DNA of 64,000 nt from Octopus sinensis (GCF_006345805.1 NC_043007.1:40114001-40178000), one strand, 5' to 3'. Shown: positions 1-12,483, counted from the stretch's first letter. A program made the numbers and translations. Notes: generated by a model not told the origin, from the sequence alone.

Positions 1-140
1 ACTGGGGACGGAACACGGGCGTAACTCTGGAAATGAAGACAGTTCAAGGATTAGTGTCATATCTTTTCTCCAACGGCAAAGAGGTTGTCACTAATGGATG
101 TTGGGTGTTTGCTCTGTCAGGGTTAAATAGGTGAATAATA

Positions 141-529
141 TGTTTCTTGGCTACTTGAAAAAACAACTTAAACAGCACCCAAAAACGTTTTACTAATGTA
201 TTTATTGTCGTACATAAGAACTAACTGCGTTGGCCATTTACAGTTAACAACAACAATAATTACAGACTGGGAGAGAGATACTACTCTGAGATTACAGAAA
301 GTTATCAGTATGGCAACATGCGCTCGGCCCAACTTATCTGAAATCAGCTGCGCTATCTTCATGGCGACGAAGGTCCTTGCTCATCTGACCTCGGTCGTCT
401 GTTCTCTAAACTGCGCGCCAAACGGTTTTTATAGGGGACCGGGAGCCAAATTCTACAATGTTCAAGAAAGCCCTGTCATGCTATTGCCTCACGCTGATTT
501 GTCGGTTAATGGTTCGATCTTGTGAAACA
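141..529 (-). mobile_element. Probable solo LTR (389 bp) of an LTR retrotransposon
   Basis: Minus strand begins TGTTTC and ends GAAACA (terminal inverted repeat, TG..CA). TATAAAAA at 433-426, AATAAA at 206-201 about 60 bp before the end, CpG-rich. No PBS or PPT adjacent; TSD not clean (ATAATA vs ATGATG). Confidence 0.65.
426..469 (-). promoter_or_regulatory. TATA box plus heat-shock-element-like nTTCnnGAAn array in the LTR U3
   Basis: Plus strand 451-468 reads TTC-ta-CAA-tg-TTC-aa-GAA (4 alternating units, 1 mismatch), about 17 bp upstream of TATAAAAA on the minus strand. Confidence 0.55.
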
Positions 530-1204
530 ATGATGGTTCACTTGTGATGTTGGACCAAGTATCCAGCAATTCGGTTTCAAATCACTGCTACAAGTTCAAG
601 AGTCAGTGATCTACACAGAAACTCTTAGTGACTATTTTTTGTGGGGAGGGGTATAACAGGAGCATAATTCTTTTTGATTTTTTTTTTTGGAACATGGCTG
701 TACTTTAAGTGGTAAGTGAGCAGTACATTTTGAAGAGTAATTTAAGCTCAAAATAACTTAGAAAAAAATTCAGTGGATCTGAAATTAGACTACATTCAAC
801 CATGACCGTGTGTGACTACACACATCTTTGACAACAAATCAAGCAATCGTCAAGCAGGACTGGTCAGTGGTTCACTATTTACCATACATCATGGGTGTGG
901 TACCCTACAACTTCCATTTTTGCTAATGAAGGTCAAACTTCTGCGACAAAAATTTGATGACACGGACGATGTGGAAATGGCTGTGAAGAAGTGGGTACAA
1001 CTGTTAATTCCACAACATTTTCCAAAAATATATTTAAGAATTGAGTGCAGTGAAAATACATTTGCAATAGAGACTATGTTGAGTAGAAACCTTTGAGTAA
1101 AGGAAGAATTACTCTACCAACATGAGCAACATGGACGACTAATACAAGTAAATAAAAAAAAAATAGTTATGACAACTTTTGCATTATTTTCGATATAAAC
1201 CCCC

Positions 1205-1600
1205 GTGAGAGAGTAACAGAGAAAGAGAGCAAGGGAGAGAGTGAAAGAGAAGGTGAGAGAGGGATAACGGAGGGAAAGAGAGACGGACGGATGAGGAGAG
1301 GAAAAGAGAGAGGAATAGACGGACAGAGGGGGAGAGAGAAATAAAGGAGGAGAGAGAGAGGGTGAGAGGGAAAGTGGGAGAACGGGATGGATGGATGGAT
1401 GGTGAGAGAGAAAGAGAGAGAGGAAGGAGGGAAGAGAGAGGGAAGTGGGAGTAACGGTGGGCGAGAGAAAAAGTGAGAGAAAAGGACGGACGGAGGATGA
1501 GAGAGAGAGAGAGACAGAGAGAGGTGGGGAGGAGCGAGTAACGGAGGGTGAGAGGGAAAGAGGGACGGAAGCTGAGAGAAAAAGCGGGAGAACGAAGGTG
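1205..1600. repeat. Purine-rich (GA/GGA) low-complexity tract
   Basis: Degenerate GAGA/GGAG repeats; explains the ORFs at 1114-1635 and 1445-1810. Confidence 0.85.
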
Positions 1601-2457
1601 GAGATTTGTACGTCTGAGCGCCTGTTACCTTTCAATTGGCAACTCTATACACAGCCGTGTCTTAACTGTTACATCATCCACTCTCCTTCTCTCGTTCTCT
1701 CTCTCCCCGCAACCCTCACCCCTTTTTCCTCCAATCACCGCCTACACTTCGACACTATCTTTCTGTTATTATCTCACAACGTGTTGTCTTATAGCCGGCT
1801 AATGGAGTAAATGCATTATTTAAAACTTGCTGTTGCCGTCTCTGTTATATAGCATTTCTCCTTTCTTTCTTCATTTCTATATCTCTATTGATCTATCGAT
1901 CCCTCATCATCACACACACACACACACACACGTCACAATGTCCCCAGCTGATTGCTTCAAACGTTCTCAGCTGCCGTGCACAATGCAGTAAAATGTATGT
2001 GTGGCGCTGTGCAAATACGTACGCGCGCGTGCGTGTGTGTGTGTATGTGTGTGCACATATGTGTGTATGTGTGTGTGCGTGTAAGTGTCCATATCTATGG
2101 ACATGTATTTGTTCTACCACATACGCACACACACACACATACACACACATACACACACATTACTCTTCTCTTGACACCTAATGAGGTGGGTCCATCTTAC
2201 GAGCTAAGAAACTTTAAGTAGTAAAGAACAACACACACACACTCATGCATACATACAAAAGAGAGAGAAAGACCAGTTTAATTGAGGAATGCAACCATGG
2301 ATTTAGAAAATCGATTGATGATGGCCTTCGACTTCGGACTTTGCTTTAGGATTACCTTGAGTTCTATGCCAATCTGAGAACATTTTGTTAGCCTGGTGTA
2401 ATTGCACCAATAGAGAGCTTGCGAAGTATTTTGCCTGGTTTGATAATCTCTTACTAA

Positions 2458-2581
<124 letters not shown>

Positions 2582-2630
2582 ATTATATATATATATTACA
2601 TACATACACATATACATACACATATACATA

Positions 2631-2990
2631 GTGGAGCCGCAATGGCCCAGTGGTTAGGGCAGCGGACTTGCGGTCGTAGGATCGCGGTTTCGATTTCCAG
2701 ACCGGGCGTTGTGAGTGTTTATTGAGCGAAAACACCTAAAAGCTCCACGAGGCTCCGGCACTCTTTCACCACAACTTTCTCTCACTCTTACTTCCTGTTT
2801 CTGTTGTACCTGTATTTCAAAGGGCCGGCCTTGTCACTCTCTGTGTCACGCTGAATATCCCCGAGAACTACGTTAAGGGTACACGTGTCTGTGGAGTGCT
2901 CAGCCACTTAGACGTTAATTTCACGAGCAGGCTGTTCCGTTGATTCGGATCAACCGGAACCCTCGTCGTCGTAACCGACGGAGTGCTTCC
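2631..2990 (+). mobile_element. tRNA-derived SINE, family C (tRNA-Arg-like head; compare octopus OR-type SINEs)
   Basis: A box TGGCCCAGTGG and B box GGTTTCGATTTCC, body ending gtcgtaaccgacggagtgcttcca. Related copies at 14875-15117, 22997-23290 (anticodon-loop-like CTCGCGA), 25830-26066, 27170-27300, 49165-49500 (minus) and 61130-61430. Confidence 0.85.
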
Positions 2991-3009
2991 AATATATACA
3001 TATATATAA

Positions 3010-3390
3010 AATTGGTAGCCAGAAAGATGCCATAGCTCTCAATTAATTAGGAAGTAAGTTAAGCTAGATAAAATGCAGTTTGGTTTCGTGCCAGGGAGAA
3101 ATACAACTTTCTAGTAAGGCAACTTCAGGAGAAATAATTAGCCAAAAGTAAACCGCTGAACTTGGCATTCGTTGACACGAAGAAAGCCTTCCATTGGGTT
3201 CCTTGTTCTGTGATCTGGTGGTCGCTGCGGAAGCAACATATATATACGAATGACTTTTGAGAGGTATTCAAGCCATGTACTGGTATTCGGTGAAAGTTAA
3301 GAACGGAAAGAGTAAGGAAATGAATATACAGGTAGTTCATCAGGGCTCTGTTCTCAGTCTTCTGCTATTCGTCATAGTTCTTAAGGCCGT
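3010..3390 (+). pseudogene. RTE-clade LINE reverse transcriptase fragment
   Basis: MQFGFVPGRNTT..LVRQLQEK*LAKSKPLNLAFVDTKKAF..VP..VIWWSLRK and VHQGSVLSLLLFVIVL are RT motifs, with stops and frameshifts. Confidence 0.8.
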
Positions 3391-3776
3391 AACATATACA
3401 ACCCTACATATCTCTGACCTCAATCTCTGTCGCTGTACATCTCTCTCTTTCCTCCACTCATCCGCTTTATCCACGCACCCCTCGCATAATCTCCCTGTGT
3501 GTCATCAACTCACAGTTTTATACCATTGCTATCCACCCGGTATGCATTGTCACATCTCACTTCCTCCCATCCTGAGGCACTTCTCTTTTCACCTCACTTC
3601 CCCGCCCCGCCAACTCATATTTACCATCAACCACGCTTCTACCCGTGTTCACCGTTCACTAGCCATTTATCAGTCTTCTCCGACACCCTAGTAAACTAAC
3701 CCACGCACCCTTTCCGATCCCTTGTCCTTATTATCTCTTCTACCCCTGGGGTACGCTCTGACACGTTACCACCACC

Positions 3777-3829
<53 letters not shown>

Positions 3830-4749
3830 ACACACACACATACACTTTCCAGCTACTCCTACCCACCCTTATATATTGCAGGGTAGCCGATGCTGTGAGA
3901 CATATTTCCTCCTCAGCAAGACACCCGTTTCTATCCTTCTACCACATTTTAGCCCCTCAACACCTGTGTAAAGCCACCTCTCCTCAGTTTCTCTCTCTTA
4001 TTTTGCGAGTTACCTTGTCACCTCACAAGAACCGGTGAATACACCCTGCACACTCGGTGTGTGGTCCGTCCTTGAGGTCAAAATTGACATTTCTGAAGCG
4101 CGAAAACCAACAACAGACGGTTCATTGAGGCATTGCTCCTTCTCCATACACAGCACAAATCGTACGAATTTTCTATTCATATTTTTTGGCTTTACCAGGT
4201 GTCTCAGGAGTTAAAACTAATATATAGAATTAAAATTTTCTTCATATGTAAATTATATGGGAAATGATGATAAATTTTTCGAAAAGTCGCAAATGAAGAT
4301 CGCTGAAAAAAAGCATTTTTATCCTTTTCAATTCAATTGCAATAATAAACATTTTTTTTGAAACTATAGCACCAAATTCGAATCTGTATGAAATATAAAT
4401 GAATGCTATAGATGGAAAATAAAAAATAAATCGTTTTCAAAACAGTCAATATTTTTGTAGTTCAAAAATTGCGATTTATGATGTAAAATGTCCTCCAGAA
4501 TTAGCTAGAGAAAATAATGACAAACTTTAACTACTAAAATACTGTTAAACATACTTCTTTTCTATTCTAGGCACAAGGCCCGAAATTTTTTTTTTTTTGG
4601 GGGGGTGAAGTCGATTAGATCAACCCCAGTATGCAACTAGTACTTAATTTATCGACCCCGAAAGAATGAAAGGCAAATTCGACCTCGGCGAAATTTGAAC
4701 TCAGAAAATTGTTAAACACACCTCTGAAAATGCAATGTACATAAGAAAT

Positions 4750-4985
4750 TCACTTTAAATACAACGAACAACCGGTAGTGAGATTGCTTTTAGCAGATCC
4801 CCAAATGGGGCCCACGGCGAGCAGGGCGTTAAATGCAAAATGCAAACGGTGTCGAAAACGTTCGGCTTTGTCGACTTGACATTCCATTTCAATGATCTGA
4901 AAATACACAAAAATCAATAAGATTTTAAAAATCAAAACACTATCTCGCAGAGCAAAAAATTCTCTTTCGAATAACATAAAATATA
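4750..4985 (-). pseudogene. Mariner transposase 5' fragment
   Basis: MECQVDKAERFRHRLHFAFN resembles the N-terminus of mariner transposases (HFRHxLLFxFN). Confidence 0.5.
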
Positions 4986-5193
4986 CTACCCAATGTGTTT
5001 TATTTCCGCGTGCATTTTGGAATTTGAAAAAAAAAAACGCTCATGAATTACTCCTCAACCCAATATATATGTCTTGCAAACAACTTGCACATGCAAGTGC
5101 TACCAGTCAAAAACTCCGCATACCGGAAGCAAGCCAAGTGTATGGGGTCATCAGGGAGAATGCGTGCCGTTTCGGGGCCTACCTCTCATATGC

Positions 5194-5227
<34 letters not shown>

Positions 5228-5309
5228 GCATATGTACACACACACACACTACATACATACATACATACTATATATATAATATTATATATATATATATATA
5301 TATAAATAT

Positions 5310-5347
<38 letters not shown>

Positions 5348-5465
5348 CATACATATATATATATAAAAATATATATACATACATATATATATATATACAA
5401 TATATATATAGATATTCATTATATATATAATATAGATATATATATATATATATATTAATATATCG

Positions 5466-5511
<46 letters not shown>

Positions 5512-5905
5512 GCATACTATATCTATGTGTGCATATATATATTTATATATATATATTATATTATATACCACATAAGATACACACACACCACACAACACAC
5601 ACACATATATATATATATTCATATAGATCGTATAGATACATATGTAAGTAAATATACTCACCTATTTGTTAACGATATATACACGTGGAAGTGCTGGATG
5701 TGAATGATAATGTGTAGGTGTGTGTATGCACAGGTGTGGTTACTTTGTGGAAACCGAGATTGGAAGCAGGTGAAGGTCATTTAGTGGTGGTGGTGATGGT
5801 TGTAGTGGTTTTGCTCTTTTTGTTGTTTGTGGTGGTGATGGTGAAATACGTCGTTGTTGCTGTTTTTTGTTTGTTTGTTTGTTTTGTAGTCCTGATCACT
5901 TCTGA

Positions 5906-6005
5906 NNNNNNNNNNNNNNNNNNNNNNNNNNNNNNNNNNNNNNNNNNNNNNNNNNNNNNNNNNNNNNNNNNNNNNNNNNNNNNNNNNNNNNNNNNNNNNN
6001 NNNNN
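5906..6005. other. Assembly gap (100 N)
   Basis: Run of exactly 100 N; adjacency across it is uncertain. Confidence 1.
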
Positions 6006-6404
6006 ACTATCATTGAGAGTAACATATATTTAGAAATAAAAGCAGAAAAATCATAAAAGTTCACAAATTATTTATGATTTATTGATTTTTTAGTTATGTT
6101 GGACGAAATCAAATTATGAACTCTTCGTGAAATTTATGCTTTGCTACTTTTTATTTTTAGTGTTTCAGTATCTATCTTTAAAAAATGTATAAAATGAGCT
6201 AACACAGGCGTTGGCATGGCTGTGTGACAAGAAGCTTGCTTCCCAAACACATGGCTTCAGGTTCAGTTCCATTTCGTAGCACCCTGGGTCACGTTCTTTT
6301 ACTATAGCCCCGAACAGGTCAAAGTCATGCGAACAGACGAGAACTGAAAGAAACCTGTTGTATATTTATCCGTCGGGTTTCTTTCAGCGTGTATGTACGT
6401 ATGT

Positions 6405-7209
6405 CATTGTTCAATTTTATTTCAAGATTTCTTGCCAATAGAGAAAGAGCCGGTTTCTAACCTAGATTCAAAGTTCCTTCATTGGAATTTCAACATCAAC
6501 AACAGGGTATTTTTGTATGTATGTATATGTGCAGATTTATATGTTTTGTTTTATGTATATATTCTCATGCATATAGCTACTTATCTAGACATGCTCATAT
6601 ATATTTAAATGATAAACTTCTGGAAAGTTTTACAGAGTTTTACTGTTCCAGTGATGGATTGGATCTGTAGTCTTCGAATAAGCCTTCTCCTTTCTGGTTT
6701 TGAGAAGCCTTATTTCTCAAGATTGGTATTTAGGCAGTGTGTTACATATTACAGGGTCCCAATAGTTACATGTATAAACCTGAACTTGTAATCTGGATAA
6801 AGTAACTGAAGATTTCTCTATAGTTCAGCATAGGTATTCTCTTTTTTACTGATCTTCAGCTTTATGTCAATATACAATGGGAAGCTTATTTCCACAACTG
6901 TACACAGTTGGTCATCTCAATCCCAAATCATTGCATCAGGTCTTTTGTGCTTACATTTTACTGAGGTTTTCACTAGGACATTCCATCAGTACACCTTTTT
7001 TATTATGAGCAGCTATGGCTCCTACCATACTGTGGGTTCTTATTTCTTTGTCCTCGGGGTTATCCTTCCGACGGATTTCGTTATCGAGTGTCCGAGCTAT
7101 AACACCATGTCTCATCGGTAGATAATATTTTAATGACATTTTCGGACAACTGTTTATGGTGTGGGTGATATCTTCGGGTGTTAATCCCACAAAGTCTGAA
7201 TCGGTTGTC
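6405..7209 (-). mobile_element. 5'-truncated R4/Dong-like non-LTR retrotransposon (CCHC finger plus restriction-like endonuclease), degraded
   Basis: Minus strand reads FRLCGINT-EDITHTINSC (CCHC relic), then KHKRPDAMIWD..CTVVEISFP..KLKISKKENTYAEL*RNLQLLYPDYKFRFIHVTIGTL..ITGTVKLCKTF with stop at 6605-6607. 3' UTR with AATAAA (plus TTTATT 6416-6421). Confidence 0.85.
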
Positions 7210-7670
7210 TATGTATGTATGCATGTATGTAGTATGTATGTGTATGTATGTATGTATGTATGTATGTATGTATGTATGTATGTATCGTTGGCGATTTTCT
7301 TTCTCCGTCTTCCCTTCCTTGGATCTTTCCTTTTCCTATGTTTTTGACGAAGAGCTCCGCTCGAAACGTTAAGTCCTTCTTCATTCTTTCTTTTCCTGAG
7401 CGTCCAATAACACTATACTTGTTCCACGTCCTCGCGTTGTTGTGTTTTCTCTTTGTGTTTTTATGTTTAGATTAACTTTATGTATGTATGCATGCATTCA
7501 TGTATGTATGTATGTATGTATGTATGTATGTATGTATGTATGTATGTATGTATGTATGTATGTATGCATGTATGCATGCATGCATGTATGTATGTATGTA
7601 TGTATGTATGTATGTATGTATGTATGTATGTATGTGCGTGTGTATGTGTTTGTGCGTGTGTGTATTAACG
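7210..7670. repeat. (TATG)n microsatellites flanking a short hammerhead-bearing repeat (about 7290-7475)
   Basis: Long TATG runs at 7210-7285 and 7480-7635. Confidence 0.9.
7340..7374 (+). ncRNA. Minimal type I hammerhead ribozyme-like motif (C3U)
   Basis: UUGACGA-A-GAGC-ucc-GCUC-GAAA-CGU-U-aag; palindromic stem III ACGU; weak stem I. Confidence 0.5.
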
Positions 7671-7819
7671 ATAATGATTTGCGGATGAAAATTTATAGCC
7701 ATTATTAATGTATCGCGACATATGTTTCTGTATCCCACATATTCATTAGTAAGATATTATTTACGATTATTCATAATATCCATGTACCTCGAGTCTTCCT
7801 CCATTACAATGTGTGTACG

Positions 7820-7860
<41 letters not shown>

Positions 7861-8854
7861 ATATATATAATATATACATATGTGCGTATGTATTTGCTCC
7901 TACTACCGCTTGACAACCCGTGTTGGTTTGTTTACGTCTCCTTAACTTAGCGATAGTATAAGTACCAGACTTAAAAGTAAGTACTGCAGATGATTAGTTC
8001 GACTAGACACTTCAGGGCAGTGCTCCAGTTTGGCTGCAGTCCAATGCCTGAAACAAGTAAAAGATAAAAGATATACTCCGAAAATTTTTTTCGGTAATTA
8101 GAACAGTGAATATAAGTAAACATTTTCTAAAACTTTGCATACGATTCGATGCACTTGTTGATGCCAAATTTTGTTTGTTACAAAGAATGGGGATAAGTCG
8201 ATTACATCGATCTCAGGGACCAACACACACACACACAGACACACACACACACAATTATATATATAATATATATACAATGGGCTTCTTTCAGTTTTCATCT
8301 ACCAAATCCGCTCATAAGGCTTTAGTCAGCCCGAGGCTATAGTAGAAGACACTTGCCCAAGGTACCGCGCAGTGGGAATGAACCCGGAACCATGTGGCCG
8401 TTAAGCAAGCTACTTACCACATAGCCACTCCTGTAAGTCGATTACATCAACTCCAGCGTTCAACTGGTTCTTAAGAAAGAAAGAATGAAAGAAAGAAAGG
8501 AAGGAAGGAAGGAAGGAAGGAAGGAAAAAAAGGCACAGACGACCTCAGTGGCATTTGAACTCAAAACATACAGAGCTAGCAAGCATTTGTCCATCTGTCA
8601 GCTTATAACATGCATGCATATTTCCCGAGTATTTTTGGATGTATTGAATTCCGACCGATGAGCCTGGTTCCTTCGGTAGAAACCACTTCCTTCTTTATAG
8701 GGATTATTTATTTGAATGATTGAACAAGCTAAAACATAGATGCAAAAGTATATACGCATTAATTATCTACCCACGGACATATATATATACATACATTCAC
8801 AACATATGTGATAGGTGTGCACTTACGAACACGCATACCTATTAATGTATATGT

Positions 8855-9420
8855 ATAGGGAAAGTTTACGAAAAAAAAAAAAGACGAAGACAGGTGATGT
8901 ACAAAACAAACAGATGTATTAGTATAACGCTCAGGAATAGAAAAAAGTCTTTTACGTTTCGAGCCTACGCTCTTCTACAGAAAGGTACACAGAAAAAAAA
9001 ACAAGGAGAGAAAAAAAAGTGTGTGTAGTGGCTAACGATCTATCATGGTGATATATATTGATAAAAACGGTAAGATAACAAAAGAAAGAAAGAGACCTCG
9101 ATATTATGTAAATAGAGGAATATATCTGTAAATATGAACATCAAGCGATGTTGGGGGGGGGGAGACAAACATATACACACACCCATGTTGATTCACTAGC
9201 CTCTGCACGCATTTTTTTTCTATCCTTCTTTCTGTGTTTCTTCTCTGTGTATCTCTCTGTTGAAGAGCATAGGCTCGAAACGTTAAAAACTTGTTTTATT
9301 TATATTCCTGAGCGCCATACTAATACAATTGTTTGTTTGTATTCCACCTGCCTTCGTCTTTTGTTTATTTCCGTAAAACTGCCTTCGTCTTTTGTCTATT
9401 TTCATAAAGCTTCCCGTTAT
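8855..9420. mobile_element. Inverted pair of Penelope-LTR-like non-autonomous repeats, each with a hammerhead-like motif (8949-8984 minus, 9253-9289 plus)
   Basis: Arms (about 8855-9045 and 9185-9420) are diverged reverse complements sharing gaagagcRtaggctcgaaacgt, ttcctgagcg and aatacaattgtttgttt. Further copies at 35035-35200 (minus) and 41180-41400 (plus). Confidence 0.65.
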
Positions 9421-9631
9421 ATATATACATATGTACGACAGGCTTCTTTCAGTTTCTGTCTACCATATCCACTCAAAGGTATGAACAGACGCGCTTACGC
9501 GAATACTATGAGCTTTTTTCCCCCTTACTTTACTTAGCGGTCATTCGAATAGCTCTTTTGTCTTAATAACGGTCAATAACACCGTAATTTCCCTTTGTAT
9601 AACGGTCATTTTTCATAGCGTTTTTCCGATG

Positions 9632-9706
9632 GCCGGATAACTGAAGAGATCGTGGCGTGGATTTCATTTCCACCTCGGCATCCGAAACTCGGAGTTTTAT
9701 CTTGGC
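9632..9706 (+). ncRNA. Type I hammerhead ribozyme with intact catalytic core
   Basis: Stem I GGAUAA (9635-40) with UUAUCU (9697-702); CUGAAGA 9641-47; long imperfect stem II closed by G-C; GAAA 9684-87; palindromic stem III ACUCGGAGU; predicted GUU cleavage after 9696. Confidence 0.7.
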
Positions 9707-9733
9707 TACCGAATAACTGTCACACATTACATT

Positions 9734-9773
<40 letters not shown>

Positions 9774-9776
<3 letters not shown>

Positions 9777-10206
9777 TCTTTACTCTTTTACTTGTTTCAG
9801 TCATTTGACTGCGGCCATGCTGGAGCACCACCTTTAGTCGAGCAAATCGACCCCGGGACTTATTCTTGTAAGCCCAGTACCTATTCTAAGTCTCTTTTGC
9901 CGAACCGCTAAGTGACGGGGACGTAAAACACCAGCATCGTTTGTCAAACAATGCTAGGGGGACAAACACAGACACACAAACATATACACACACACTATTA
10001 TATAATATATATATATAGATATATATATATATATATATACATATATACGACAGGCTTCTTTCAGTTTCCGTCTACCAAATCCACTCACAAGGCATTGGTC
10101 GGCCCGGGGCTATAGCAGAAGACACTTGCCCAAGATGCCACGCAGTGGGACTGAACCCGGAACCATGTGGTTGGTTAGCAAGCTACTTACCACACAGCCA
10201 CTCCTG
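9774..10206 (-). mobile_element. tRNA-derived SINE, family A (composite: head, CORE-like ACCTTGGGCAAGT block, microsatellite, tail module)
   Basis: Head caggagtggctgtgtggtaagtagcttgc..ccgggttcagtccc; tail ggcggtgctccagcatggccgcagtcaaatgactgaaacaagtaaaagagta. Other copies at 6205-6360, 8275-8433, 13178-13554, 14070-14476, 15742-15920, 17572-17705, 18920-19535, 21720-21850, 31005-31410, 34812-35475, 39630-39830, 41465-41850, 54710-54830, 56365-57240 and 63352-63700. Confidence 0.9.
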
Positions 10207-10559
10207 TAAGTCGATTACATCAACTCCATATATGTATGTATGTATGTATATAAACGTAAATACAAACACACACAGAAACGCACTCATTTTTTATACAAGC
10301 ATGCACGCACACGTACAACGTCTTCAATATTTCGGGAAAAGCCGCTAAGATAAAAGGTATCGGAAGATAATAAATCAATAATCCAATAATATTTAACGCT
10401 ATTACAGAATATATCGAAGCAGAGACTAAACATTGTAGCAAAATCGAAAGTAGCAACAGCTTAAACAATAAGTATTACAACACATTATCAATTGTTGTGG
10501 CCTGCGCCATGTCGACACTGACGGTGAAGTGAGACGGTCGTCCCATTCTTTGGTGGTAG

Positions 10560-10560
10560 G

Positions 10561-10607
<47 letters not shown>

Positions 10608-11057
10608 ATGTATGTATGTATGTATGTATGTATGTATGTATGTATGTGTGTATGTATCTATCTATCTATTGATAGATAGATATATGTATGTATATATTTA
10701 TGTATGTGTATACTTGTAATATATATGTTTGTGTATATACATGACTCTCTCATTCTCTTCCTGTATAAATATATATACACGTGCGCGCATATGTATACAT
10801 GTTTGCACATATATATATATATATACATATGTATACAGATATACATATGTATATATAAATATATAATATATAACATCTGTATATCTCTATTATATATATA
10901 TATATACATATGTATACAGAATACATATGTATATAAAATATATAATCTATAAAACACTTCTCTCTCTCTCTCTTCTCCTATATATATAGATATATATATA
11001 TATATATATATATATGCGGATAGATAGATAGATAGATAGATAGATGGTTGATTGATT

Positions 11058-11099
<42 letters not shown>

Positions 11100-11115
11100 A
11101 TAGACAGAAGATACA

Positions 11116-11147
<32 letters not shown>

Positions 11148-11471
11148 GTAAATCTGTAGGTATGTGGTAGGGTAGGTAGGTAGGTAGTTTCAGGCTCTAT
11201 CTGCCTATCTGTCTGTTGGTGGTGCGTTTATGATGTTAGAGCAATATACGTTTTTATGCATTCTCCAAGAAATAATGCCATTAAACGCCAAAAATTTCCA
11301 GCTACCCCGCCTCAAGTTGAAGCTTTCTTCAAGAATACGACCACCACTACAAACAGCCCTCCCCCAGGATCACCTCCACCTTCTTCATTCGCTTTTCCGA
11401 TAGTCGTTCGCATCGATTTTAAAGTCTGCCCAGGGAGAAAACAAATTAACCATATTTAATATAATATATAG

Positions 11472-11543
<72 letters not shown>

Positions 11544-11703
11544 ATATACATATATATATAATATATATATACACATATATATACTTATACATACATGTAT
11601 ATATATACATGTCTGTACATATATATATATACATAGATATATATATGTATATACATATATATATATGTATATATGTATATATGTATGTATATATGTATGT
11701 ATG

Positions 11704-11734
<31 letters not shown>

Positions 11735-11993
11735 ATGTATGTATGTATGTATGTAGTATGTTTGTATGTATGTTAGTATATAAGTATATATGTATGTATG
11801 TATGTATGTATGTGTGTATGTATGTATGTGTGTATGTATGTATGTATGTATGTGTGTATGTATGTATGTATATCGAGCGACTGCTTCAATGTAGTGAAAT
11901 TAATCAATAAATCCATTCTTAATATAAATTTATAAATCTTCCAATTTTATGGGAGGAGCTGGAAAATGGGTAAATACATGGAATAAATCTGTG

Positions 11994-12064
<71 letters not shown>
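10560..12064. repeat. Compound microsatellite field: (TG)n, (TATG)n, (GATA)n, (TA)n, (TATC)n
   Basis: Visible directly; contains a short unique island at about 11200-11460. Confidence 0.95.
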
Positions 12065-12065
12065 G

Positions 12066-12483
12066 TTTGAAAAGGAAAGTGAGAGTAGAGAGGCAAGTTT
12101 TGTCTAACGAATGTTTCAAAAAAAGATGGGTGAATGTAGCAAGGATGGCACGTATGAATGACGAAGCCACCTTGAGCATAATCCTATGAACCCGGAAAAT
12201 TTAAAACAGAGGGTTACCTACTTGCAAACAAATGTGGTAACATGTAGCATCATTGACCGAGGTTACCGTGGTCTTTTCTGTAGGCTTTTCTTCCCACGGA
12301 TAAACCTTATCTGCTTCCCCCTTTACACTTTACACCACGACACTGTGATACATAATCCCTATTGATCGTTTATTTCCCTTTTACCCTTTTTTCCCATTTT
12401 TTTCTTCTCTCCCTCAAAAAGAAAAGCCCTACTTTGTAATCTGTCCCGTCTGTGTGCAGCCCTGTGTGGCTAATAAAGAAACA
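12066..12483 (+). mobile_element. 3' end of an L1/Tx1-like LINE
   Basis: Open C-terminus KRKVRVERQVLSNECFKKRWVNVARMARMNDEATLSIIL* (stop 12187-89) with an FxxRW motif, then a 3' UTR ending ccctgtgtggctAATAAAgaaa. Flanked by (TATC)n on both sides. Confidence 0.6.

Larger units (their letters stand above)
1..1090 (+). pseudogene. Highly degraded mariner transposase remnant, interrupted by the LTR at 141-529
   Basis: TGDGTRA at the window start resembles TGDETWV. At about 900-1000, xPYNFHF-LMKVKLLRQKFDDTDDVEMAVKKW resembles the mariner C-terminal APxDFHLFxxMKxxLRGxxFxxxxEVxxAVxxW. Many stops and frameshifts. Confidence 0.55.

Noticed and set aside
168-525. ORFs 168-362 (-, with GCCATG context) and 196-525 (+) as host genes under a heat-shock promoter
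   Set aside because: No splice donor or recognisable domain; both lie inside the TG..CA-bounded LTR-like unit.
712-717. GTAAGT as donor of the missing first exon
   Set aside because: It lies within a mariner remnant, and nothing links it to the acceptor 46 kb away across an assembly gap.
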